A stretch of 64,000 bases of DNA, taken from NCBI GenBank assembly GCA_964057225.1, contig OZ059896.1, positions 10,478,001 to 10,542,000 of the forward strand, written 5' to 3'. The notes under the pieces were generated by a model. That model made no database searches and was not told the origin of the DNA. It saw only the letters and a program-made list of their open reading frames with translations. A program made the translations under genes and the position numbers. This stretch comes from Auanema rhodensis. Taxonomy: Eukaryota > Animalia > Nematoda. Of this stretch, positions 26,236 to 38,400 are shown one piece after another. The stretch's first letter is position 1; each line of letters opens with the position of its first letter.

Positions 26236-27123
26236 CATTTATTAAGAAAGATCTTCATAACCCTGACCTGACCCCTCCAAAGGTAAAGCCTGTGGTAAGC
26301 ACAGCTACATTGGGCAACACAAGCAGTAGTGCTTTATGTAAGTTCGCGTTAACGAATAAGATCTTGATTGTCTCAGGGTGATTCCCAAACATTTGTCTGC
26401 ACTCTATAGTGAGAAAGGGAATAGCCATGGGCGAATGGATTAATATTTTGATAGTTTAAGAGTTTGCTTATATCTGAAAATATTTTATAGTTTTTCGAAT
26501 GATTGGTATTAGACGAAAGGATTCAAGAACTGAAGACGAGAAGCCTGGAGTAACAGAAAATATCCCACCTACGGTACAATTTAAACGAAGTATTTAATAA
26601 GACATACAATGTAAAAATAAAACGTTAAATTTTTTGGTCACTTATAAAATGTTCTATCCGCACTGGAGCTAAAACTGAGTTAACATGTACGTAATGTCCG
26701 TGAAAAACCTAACATGAAAAAAAAAACATTTTGATCAAACTATTATAATGAATTAAGAGCCTTTATCATAGAAAACTGTGAAAAAAATAATATTAGAAAA
26801 AATAAAGATCAATTATGCTTTAGGAATCACCACAATGGACCGACCCACTCAGAGGGATTTTGATTGCATTAGTTGAGCAACATAAAATATTATGGGATAT
26901 TTCTTTGAAACCAACAAAACAAAATCGCCTTGATCGGTGGCACGAAATTTCCCAATTGCTTCAGAACCAAGATAAGCGAATGACAGGCACATAACATTAT
27001 TTTTTACTTGTTCAAAGCAAATATTTTTTAGTATTTTCGGTGTTAGAGAAATGGTGCTGGATGGTGGAAATGAATGCTCGTTCAGAATCAAGTGTTAATT
27101 GGAAATGGAGATATTCGAGTGTA

Positions 27124-29348
27124 ATGAGTTTTCTTAATAATAATCCTGAAAACAGCCTTCCTTATTTGGGGTGAGTGTACGTTAACGTACATGATGTAAT
27201 GATAAAATATTCAGATGCCTTTCACAAGAACGGTTTTCTTTATTGTCAAAGTTGTATGCCGTTGAAGATGAAGAAAAATTGGCTGGTGATGTGAGTTTAG
27301 TTTTAAAATAAAGCTGTGCAATTTTATTTGCAGGCAATCCTACCTAAATATAAGAAAAGAAATAGCGCCCAACCACTGTTTCTAGAAGAGTTGATGTTTT
27401 TAGAAATGCCTGGGAAAAACCCAGAAAGTAGGTCCTACTTTTTGTTTTCCATAATATTACTGTGCATTTAGCAGCGGGAAATTTGAATGAAGGCGGAATT
27501 AGTACGCGTGCTTCAGGTAATTTTCAGATCAAACAATTATCCTCAGTTTGGATACCTACTCTTTCAGGAAAATTGTTGTCTACTACTAATACTACAGTGA
27601 CTAGGAGAGGTAGACCTAAACGAGGAAAAGCAAATATGGATTCCCCAATTTTTAAAAATCAATCTGGAAAGGGCAAAGAAAGCGCAAGAGGTGTTGCCAA
27701 CTTAGAAGTATAATCGTATTTGTATTTGGAAAATTAAGATTTTATTTTCAGTTAAAGCTAGCAACTACTCCTAAATTTAATATTGAAACTGTAGCTACAC
27801 TGTTAGGAAATATTTCTAATATAAAAGGTGAGGTCGAAGAAACGATTCCTTCTCCTCAAACAGGTATAGAAATGGTTAAATCGCAAATAAAAGTAAAAAT
27901 TGTAGATTTGGCTCATTCATCTGCCAGTAATCAAAGTCATTCTCTTCCCTCGGATTCTTGTAAACTAAACGAAGGCAATCGTGTGGAGCAGTGGACTCCA
28001 GAATTGGTCCAAGCATTGATAGAAGCTGTTAAGGAGTATCCCGCTTTATGGCATTCTGCCCACCCCCTTTTTAGGTTGAAATTATTTTTTTCATCTTTTT
28101 TTTTCAAATTATAAATTCTAGAAGTTCTGTAAAAAGAAGAGAATTCTTAGGCAATATCGCGGAAATATTACGCAAACTACCTGGAGGTAGCCATATAAAC
28201 GGTAAATATTAATGTTCCGAAAAAAAGTTTATTTTTATTTTTTAGAAGATCATGTATCTGGGAAATGGTCGTTGCTTCGAGAATGCTTCAATAAGCAACA
28301 TAAAAAGGTTTGTTCAAGGCGATCTGCCTATTTTTAAAAAAAATGTTGTTAGGTGAGAAGTAATGGGAATACTACATGGGAATACTATGAAAGCATGGTT
28401 TTCCTGATACCTCAAGTTCAGAATGTCCGTGGATTTGATGATATAATCGAGCCAGGTTGGAATTGTTTTAATCATTCTGTAATTACTTGTTGCATTGCAG
28501 AAGTTGAAAAAACGTTGTCGTCACCAGGGTCCTCAACCATTAATTTACTTAACACAACTAGCCCAACAACAACTGCATCTGTAACTGCTATAACATCAAT
28601 AAGCCCATGCATACCTAGTGTTTCAAATTCTTCCGATACTAACGATGTGGGATCCTATCTGAAACGAATGTTAGGCTTACAGTATGTTTCAGTTATTAAA
28701 CGACAATTTATTAATATAATTTAATTTAGAAGTAACAATTCTGAAGATCACGACATTTCAAAAAAACAGAAATTAGATTCAAGTTTATTGTCTAGGCAAA
28801 ATAATGCGAAAAAAAATAATGCAACTGTAATAGATATTTTTTTTCTAATTTAAAATCATTTTTTAGGCCATATCTACTTGGGTTCCTCCGAAAGAGGACA
28901 GCGTTGCTGCAGCGATGCAGTGCCTAATGTCTCATGAGTTTGCCCCGAAGCCTACTGCAACAGCACAAATTACTGTATGTTATAAATTTAGTTTTTATAT
29001 GAATTCAATTTTCTAGGCTTCTAAAACAATATCTCCAAATTTATTAGATTCAACAATGAAAACCCATGATACAGACTTTGCAAGTAGCACTATTCCAGTT
29101 CAAGTTTCGGAAATTTTACCGCATTCATATCATAAAAGTCATTATAAAAAAGACGACAAAGACAAATGGTCACTCATGGGTTTGACTACTGTTTTCAATG
29201 ATTGAAATCTAATTGTTTTTTAGGAGAGCTGGTCGAGCAGACATGTCGTGATCTTGAAATAAAATCTCCATCCTTAGCAGTTCATCTGCAAAAGGAAATT
29301 AATGATACTCTGTTTAAATATCAGTTACAAATGTTGGGTCAACGCTAG
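27124..29348 (+). CDS. AT-hook plus MADF (Myb/SANT-like) DNA-binding protein with a BESS-like C-terminus
   Basis: AT-hook RRGRPKR. MADF: WTPELVQALIEAVKEYPALW...GKWSLLRECF...TTWEYYESMVFL. C-terminal helix: DKWSLMGELVEQTCRDL...LQKEINDTLFKYQ. Confidence 0.82.
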
Positions 29349-31275
29349 ATTAAAATATTTATTGACCAAACGCAGTAATTAATAACTTGGTGTTCTATAA
29401 ATATCTAGCATTAATGCTGTAATAGCCGCTTTACTTAGATCATACTTATGATCAATTTGTACTTATTAACTGTTTTCATTGTTCCTTACTAACATTTCAA
29501 CTTACGGCGAGAAAAGATTAAGATTATCTTTCAATGAATGCATTGGTTTTTTTATTATTCTCACTTTATCATAATTAATAACTTTGTTGTTGCCATTTTC
29601 GCTTGTGATTTCAAAAATTTTGTTGAACTTATCTGAAAATATGATTCTAATTTCATAATATATATATATATACATATATATTCAAAATAAATTTTTATAT
29701 TCTTGATTTTCTAGTCTCGAATAGGAACACACAAAGATAAAAATATACTGTTTTAATCCAGATGCGATGTAAACTATATGTATAACAGTGATATGATTTC
29801 TTCATTGTTCTTGTTTCAGATTGAAGATAACCCTCGTAGAGTCACGTCAGGACGATCAGCTGAATAATAGCGGTGGTGGAAGTATAATCTGACAAACATG
29901 ACACCCGTTTTCCTGTTTCAATAGTAGTCTTTCATTCTCTCTTTATTTCTCCCTCTTAAATCCCCGCTCTCATAATCTTGCCCTCTCTATCTTATTCTCA
30001 TCATCATTCCAATCGAAAATGAACAAACTTCCATTAATTTCTGTGAACATTTCCATTTTCTCTCGAATATTTTTTAAAAACTTCTGATTTTATTTGAAAT
30101 AGTTTTTTTTAGTTCCAGTTGCAGTTTAACTTCGATATTTTTTGAATATCATGCGAATATTTTACAGCCTAAGAAAGACAACCCCAAGAAAACTGTTAAT
30201 TATAAATTTTTTGCTATGTTTGGCTGACTACACAACGACTGCTTTTTATTCATTCTTAGAGCTCCTTTTTCGGCTATAAAAGCCGTTCGCGATCAAAAGT
30301 TCCCAGTTCGATAAAATTCTTCTTCCTCTAGTGATTTTGATTTGTATAAGTTTCCGTTTTGTCCTCGTGCAAGTGGCCTTAGATTTAATTTGAAATCGAT
30401 GAAGAATCATCAGTTTATATATTATCAGGATTTGGGTTTTGATCATTCTTTCTTTTCGAATTCTTTGATTTCTTCTTCTTTCAACTGGTTTATACAATAG
30501 TTTGTTTATGATTATATGCATATGTGACAAAGAAAACACCATTTTTTAATTCTTATGTGTTTTTATTGGCATTTATTCTGATAATAAACTATAAACTGAT
30601 GATATATCGAGGCTACTACACTATGTATTGATAACATTCATCTGTTAATCGAATTTCAAGAATTATGTCAATTCCTCTCTCATTCGAACATTTTCTACCC
30701 CATTATACATTAACAGTATCATCTTATTTTTTCAATTCCTTAATTATTTGCTGAAGGAATAGCTCCTAGAAACTAAAGTATCAAACTTTAAAAGCATTCT
30801 GATGTTGTTATTGATATGGCAAAAACTTAATTTAGAAGAATTCATAACGAATCTTTATTACTATATGTATATATCTACTCTTCATCTCATTCATTCAATT
30901 GATAAAACTGTGTTTCAATTTGATTTGTACAACATTAAATCATCACATGATATATGCATGTCGATTTCGCTAAATAATTCAGTAAAATATTTTATTTCGA
31001 ATGAACGATATATATGTGCATATAAATTTTCTTTATACGTTTAATGAATTGCTTTGTATTTTTAGTTTTTAAATATTATTTTATTGTGAAAGTATATTCA
31101 TCCTTGTTGTCAAGATAATAAGTTTTGCTTTTGTCTTAGTCTGTACAAAATACAATTTTAAATTTATACTGCAATTTCAAGCCTTAGAGATACTCACCTG
31201 CTTTTCTATCACGATATATCATTATATGTTTTTAAAAAATACATATGTCGTCATTACTCCTTTTTTCTATTTTAG

Positions 31276-33524
31276 ATGAAAGTGACTGACGTTAATATAA
31301 CTCCGACGAATAATAAATTATCCACGGACAATGCTGATAAAAAAGTAAATTTTTCACATGCCAGCATTTAGCTTTATGGCATTTTCCTTTTTTTTTCAGA
31401 AGGCACACACCGTGCATGGATTCAGTTGGATGATCGCCAGTGTTTTCATAGTCGGAGAAACAGCTGGAAGTGGTTTAGTAGCATTGCCTGCAGCTACAAT
31501 GCATGCTGGTCAGTAGTATCGTTGCCAAAAGTTATACAAACAAACACATACAACAGATATTTGATACTAAATCATAACTTTCAAGATGTGAGAAATGTGA
31601 TTCAAAATTCAGGTTTTATTGGCGGTTCAATAATGCTCTTGCTCATGTGCATAATTCTTGGATATACAGCTACTCTGCTGGGAAAAAATTGGATAACTAT
31701 GCAACGATTATGGCCACAGTACGCAACAGAACCTTGTAGAAATCCTTACCCTGAAATGGGACGGAAGGCAATGGGACCTATAGCAGAGTTAAAATTCATG
31801 AATATCGGTATTTAATCGTTGCTATTTCAGATATGTCGTTAACATTAGTAGTTATATGACATTATTCGGTGGCATGGCAGTATTCTCCATTTTGGCATCT
31901 AAGAATATTTCAGACCTCTTTTCATTATTTAATGTTCGTATACATTTTTGTCTAATTTTATTTGCTGTTGCATTACTTATTTGGCCTTTTCTTATGCTTC
32001 GAAGTCCAGCTAACTTTTGGCAAGTTAAAAATTTTTTTTATAATATTCTCTAGTAATAAATTTAGGCAAGTTTCAATAGTTGCAGCCTCTGCTACATCAC
32101 TAGCTGTTTTAATTCTACTTATAGGAGTTTATCTTGATACCAATATATGCTTAGCAGTAAAGACCTTATATAAAATATTTCAATATCAAATAATTTCTAG
32201 GAAGCGAAATACACAGAGTTTTCTTGGGGATCTCTTTCTCTTAGTTTTGGTACTATGATATTTTCGTACAGTGGTCATCCAGTGCTACCTACAATTCAGC
32301 ATGATATGAAAGAACCTCACAAATTTTCAAGAGCTGTTATATTAGGCTACATAAGTTAGAACTTTCCGTATAAAGAATACTGATAAATCTAATTACAGTT
32401 ATGTTCTTCATGTATTCTCCCATATCTTTGTTTGGGTATGCTGTATACGGATCATCGCTGTCTGATACTGTTACGGTATCTATTCAGACTTTGGTTTTAA
32501 GGTAGCATTTCCTAAAAAACATTACAGTCTAAAATTGCATGGTTTGTACAAAATTTAGACATATAGTCAATGTAATGGTCACTATTCATGTACTTTTTTC
32601 CATTATTGTAATTGGGAATCCTGTACTACAAGGTGCTGAGCATGTTTTTAAAGTGAAAGATAGTAAGAAAATTAGAAGATTTATGAGAAGATTGAAACCA
32701 TTTATAGAATTTGGACTTGGCCGTTTCACAGTGCGATCATTAATTTTTTTGGCCGCTATTTTCATAGCAGCTTCTTTACCTAATTTCGGAGTTTTTTTAG
32801 ATTTGGTATGTTCCATGATATTATAAAATCAATAATTACGCTCATTACTATTTCATGTTGATTCAGATAGGTGGATCTTCAATGACAATTTTAGCCCTCA
32901 TACTGCCAGGGCTATTTTCTTTATACTTAGATGCTGCAGTGAAAATACAAGAAAACAATTCATCGGGAAATGAAGAAATAAAAATGCCATCTTTTAGGGA
33001 GTGAGTTGCAATTTCAATGTATAGGAACTATATCATGTGTGAAAACCCCAAAATTTTTTTTACTGCTTCTTGTGGTTCTTATCATTATTTCGTTTCAGGG
33101 TCATCAACTTGACCGCTCCCAAACGATTAGTCCTGGAATTTAGCATCATCGGTTTGTGAATTCAACTTATTTGGTTAACAAGATAAAAAAAAATATGTAA
33201 ACAATATAAGATCATTTGGTAAAGATGAAGTACTTAACAAATTGAATAACAAAACTGAACAAATTTAGCTTGTAAATTCATACTTAAAATACAGCAATTC
33301 TCTTATCTTCGCCTAAAGTCAGATTGAATTCAATAGCTAAAAGATACTGATATTTTGTGATTAAAATTTAAATTCTTGGTTAATCACAATTATTTATTTC
33401 AATTGATCACATTTTTTCAGCTTTTGGTGGAATATGCGGCATTATTTGCACAGTAAATACACTGCGCCAGATACCAAACTCGCCATTTTCAACGCCCTGC
33501 TATCTAGATCTGATCCGAGGCTAG
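31276..33524 (+). CDS. Amino acid transporter, Aa_trans/AAAP (SLC32/36/38-like) family
   Basis: FIVGETAGSGLVALPAA, CRNPYPEMGRKAMG, FSYSGHPVLPTIQHDMKEPHKF, LPNFGVFLDLIGGS and a terminal FSTPCY, plus multiple TM segments. Confidence 0.92.
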
Positions 33525-34489
33525 TACTATTATTTCAATTTTTTATTTTTTAATCTTAAAGTTTTGAAAACTACGTATATGACTTGTTCGGGAACAATAA
33601 CTCTCTGACCTCTAGACCCCGTACAGCAGAAGCTTGTTGTGAATTATCGTCGTGTGCAAATCTCTTTTGTTGTATTAAGTTCATTCATCTATTAACTACA
33701 ACATGTTTCTTTCTTTGCTATCCAAAGCTTAGACTCAATATAGACAGGTCTCTGAACATAGTTGCTACAGATCAGATGAGGTCCGGGTTCTTATCTTTTC
33801 CAACGATCTCCCGGACATCAGTATCCAATTCATCTATATCTCATGTTCGTTTCATCAAGCAATGGATAATCGTTGCTGCAAAGCTTTGAAAATTCATAGG
33901 TTTCGTTTCAAGTCGATTAATGCCCGAAAGCTTCGAAGAATATTTCCGTTCGACTTACTCTTTATTTGGTTTTTGCTCCTTTCCCAATTATAAACTTATG
34001 TATACTCCACCACGCAAGAGCTTTTTAAAATTGATCAAACCTGAAACTACCCAAAGAAATGGGGGAGAAAAGGTGAATAAGGGAAATGTAATATAAAGAT
34101 TGCTCTTTTCCGTTTTTGACCACGAAGCAAGGATAATTTGTCTTAGACGCTTTTGAAGTTTGAATATATGAACTCCGAAACATTTTTAAGTTGCAACATT
34201 TTTTTGAACACTTTCTTATATTTACTTTCAAATGTTTTTATACGTTTGCTGTAAATTCATCCACCATCTCAACATGATCTAATTGTACACCCATCTATCA
34301 TCTTTGTATCATTATCTAAATGTATATTTTCTTTTCTGTTCTTTTCCGATTTCTCATCTCATTTTGTTCTCATAGCCTACTGGAGAACTATTTCTATAGT
34401 TCGTTTTGAACATCATCTAGATTCATTAATTCCAAATTTCCTTTCCTTCTGTTGAATCTCAGAAAAGAGCTGTTAAGTACTAATGCTGA

Positions 34490-34491
<2 letters not shown>

Positions 34492-34541
<50 letters not shown>
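34492..34541. repeat. (TA)n microsatellite, the longest of several (others near 6113, 46358, 51379, 52898, 55200)
   Basis: Read directly from the sequence. Confidence 0.95.
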
Positions 34542-34543
<2 letters not shown>

Positions 34544-34943
34544 GTATGCTAGAAAATTGGGTTCTATTATCGATTTGATTTTTCACCAACTACCCTTTTT
34601 CTCATATGTCAAATCTAGACGGACATTTTGTAATTTCACTTATTAATTCACCAAAGATATATAATACACTGATCATTGAATATTATAAAAATCAATCGAT
34701 TTTACCAATTAATTTTTTACAGGTGCCTCCTTCACAAATTCTCCCTCGTTAACACGTTGCTGTGGAGAGTTTCACAACATTACTACTAACGACGATAAAT
34801 TCTTCTGTGGCATTTAAATCAATTCAAACGTCTTTTCTTTATACCATTAAATGAATGATAGTTTAATGTTCTCAATCTCATTGTAGAAGTTTTTATTAAT
34901 TTAAACTATTAATAAAAATTTGATAATCTCATTCTTCTCGCAG

Positions 34944-35427
34944 GCAAAATGCGCAACTCCTGTTAGAACCGCGCTCTGTTGCCAACGTAAGCTCAGCTTT
35001 TCTATCCCCAAACTCAAATGAGCAGCTTAGCTTACAAGTGTGTAGCTTGAGGTTGCCATTACATTTAGTTTTAGTATTGTTAACGTTTTTCGATATAATT
35101 TTTGCAACTTAATTTGAGTAAATTATTTTTTTTAATCTGTTCATAAAAAATGTCCACATAATGAGAAATACATGGTGTTTGTTTTAATATAGTTTCTGTC
35201 GTGGCAAAAATATTGTGAGCGCGACACAAGAAAGCTTAGCTTTTTTAATTGATGTAACGCTCAATGAATTTTTAAAGCCTTATATACTATTTCCCATATT
35301 CAACAAATGTTTTAGAACGTTTTGGTTAATGTTATGTAGCTTTCTCTAACTGTGCTTTATTTTGTTATATAATGCTTGATATTAGGATATTTTATTTATA
35401 GTGGGTTCTTTGCCAGACCACTAGGGC
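34944..35427 (+). promoter_or_regulatory. Putative spliced 5' leader of the P5B-ATPase with uORF MRNSC* (34949-34966)
   Basis: Acceptor ctcgcag (34943), donor gtaagc (34987) and acceptor ttatag (35401). An in-frame TAG ending 3 nt before the ATG at 35428 implies the upstream exon is non-coding for the ATPase. Confidence 0.4.
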
Positions 35428-38400
35428 ATGAGAGAGGTAGGTGGCGGCCGACGCCACCAGTTGACTCTCGAGTCCGGCGAAAATGCACTCAATTTATTCG
35501 CTTATCGATCTAGCACTGTACGAACAGTAAGTTCTCAAATGCTTATAAGACATAAAATGTATTTTCAGTTCTTTTTTTATTTCCTCTCTGTCATAACGTT
35601 TGGATTGTTTCGCCTTGTTCTTCATTGGAAGCCAAGATGGCATTTAGGCTTCCGAACAGTAAGATCCACTTTTGAAGATGCTGATTTTATTTTCATTGTG
35701 TATGCTCTTTGAACTATTACTTCGATCAATTGCGTTATATTATAGAAATGCTGATAACGTTGCAGAATTTGTTAAAGTTCAAACAAAACACAGAAGCTCA
35801 TTTGGACCTTCACTAGTATGAGAGTTGAGTCTTATAAAGCAAATCAAGTGTTTACAGGCTATTCCACGGGCTGATGGAACAATGAAAGAAGTCGATTCAT
35901 TTCGATGGTTTGCTTATCGGGAAGTTCATTATATTTGGATGGAAGGTGAAGACGTAGATGGTGGAAGTATATTCGTTACTCCGAGTGAAATGGACCAAAC
36001 AGTCAGTACTGATTTATTTTTTGGATCAAGTCTTAAAGTTACCCATGAAAGTTAAATTACTTTTTAAGCAACGATGTTCATGGAAATTGTCAATTTCAAT
36101 TTTTCTTAAACATAAAAATTTTCTTTTAAATTTCAGCAGCCATTATATCGTCTTCATGAAATAATGCAATCCTGCTTGGGATTAACGGATAATGAAGTTT
36201 GATTTATAAAAATATAGGTTTAATGAAGACATTTAGGTCTATCAACGAATTGAAACATATGGCCGGAACTTGATCGAAGTGAAAGTCCGTTCAATTCTTG
36301 TCCTACTTTTCATGGAAGTCATATCTCCCTTCTATATTTTTCAAATTTTCAGGTTTCAACTTTTTAAGTAAAATAGGAAACACATATTTTTAGCGTTATT
36401 ATATGGTATAATGATGAGTATTGCTACTACGCTACAGTTATTGTTGTTATGTCAGTGGCTTCAATCACAATGGATATATTTCAAACAAGGAAACAAGAGA
36501 AAAGGTTCGAGCATTTTATTCAGTCTTCTTAAATTTTTTTCCAGACTTCGTGCTATGGTAAATATTTCCGAAGAAGTTGAGGTAATTCGTAATGGTGGAA
36601 AAGTTGTTAGTATAATAAGTGAAGAGGTAAAATATTCTGTTATCTCTCGTTAGACATAGATTCATATGTTAGATTGTTCCTGGAGACATACTCCTCATTC
36701 CTCCTACGGGGTGTACGCTGCAATGCGACGCAGTGCTTATGAATGGAACAGTTATCGTGAATGAAAGTATGCTGACAGGGGAATCAGTTCCTATCACAAA
36801 AGTAAAACGAAAAATATTATTTTATACTTATATAGAACGTCTGAATTAATCATCTTTAAATCTCTTGTTTAGGTAGCTCTTCCTGATGATCATAGTGATA
36901 GTCGTTTTCACCTCGAAAAGCATTCAAAACATATTCTTTATTGTGGAACTGATGTGTTGCAAACTAGATACTATCCAGGGCAGAAAGTTAAGGTTAGTTA
37001 ATGTTTATATTTTCTTTGTTTCATAATAGAAGAGTCTCCTGCTATATAGTTGTATACATCTAATTTGGTAGGCTTGGTGCTTCTACCTGTACATTCACAA
37101 TATTCCCCGTCCTAAAGTTAAATAAAATACTTTTTGTATCGATATCAGAAATTTAACAAACCTTTCCTGGTCTGCCCGTAAATCCTTCATCTCCCGGTTT
37201 TCCCATTACCCCTTGGCTTCCTCTTTTGCCTATAATTCCTTGAGGTCCTGCTGGTCCTGTTGGACCTGGTTTCCCATCCATGCCTTTTGTTCCTATTCTG
37301 CCTTGTTCACCTGGTAATTTTTTTCAGTAAAAGAAGCATCTAATCAACAAACCTGGAGCACCTCTTTGTCCTTTAGGGCCTGTGCGTTCTATTATTTTGT
37401 GGGTATCTATTCCCTTTTCACCCGATTTTCCAGGTAGACCGGGTTTCCCAGTAGTACCTGATGGACCTGGTTCCCCTGGCCGACCTTAAGTTTTTGTAAT
37501 ATGATCTCGATATTGTTGTTGTTGTTACCTGGCTGACCGTCTATCCCAGACCTACCTTCGCGACCATTTACTCCTTTTACGCCTCTATGTCCAATTAAGC
37601 CCATTGGACCGGGAACACCGATCGGACCCGGAGGGCATTGAAAACATTGGGTAATTCTTCCGGAATCAAGTGAAACATCTTGAGCATTTTTGCCATTTTT
37701 CCCATCAATTCCTGGTTTGCCATTCGCACCTGGAGAACCAGGCATCCCTGAACAATTATAATAAGTATCCAAAAGAAACTATAATCAACGAAACCTTTAA
37801 TTCCTATTAATCCTGGATTGCACTTATTTTTAGTACGGCAATTACACATTGGGATAAGATATGTCGGACGAGGTTTAAAGTTCGAACTTAACCATGCACG
37901 AAAATATCACAATACTTAAATATTTAAGACAGATTTCTTACGTCTTGATAAAATCATTAGAATTTTTTTTTATTCGTCTTTGGAGCGAATTAATATACAT
38001 CAAATCTTGCCACATAAGGTTTATTGCTTGCTGAAGATTTTCAAGTAAATAAAGGCATAATACAAACTCACCTGGAAAATAGCCATTTCACCATTTAACT
38101 CGCTTCGCAAATGTTCTATGTCTCCACATATTCGTCCTACGGTTATTAAACAAGATAATAATGCTGCTGCTGATACCCAACAGGCTAAAGCCGTCCAACT
38201 GTACATCTGCATTTCTCATACACAGTGATAAGAAATTCCTCTTTTACTTTTGAGGTTATGACCTAATTGAATTGGTCAACTGATTTTATGAAAAAGGGAT
38301 GAATCAGGATTCTTTTTTTCCATACTATTAACCTCTTAGTGGATGTAACTTAAGGTTTATTTATTTTCAGGCTGTGGTACTTCGAACCGCTTTTTCAACT

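Noticed and set aside
26300-26440. HDV-like ribozyme suggested by TGGGCAACA and GGCGAATGG
   Set aside because: I could not build matching P1, P2 or a UCC-type L3/P1.1, so the resemblance is word-level only.
33584-33990. Coding-like stretch downstream of the amino acid transporter, with a KR site suggesting a neuropeptide precursor
   Set aside because: Minus-strand frames are short and stop-interrupted, with no signal peptide or repeated peptide; the + strand ORF has no AUG start or motif.
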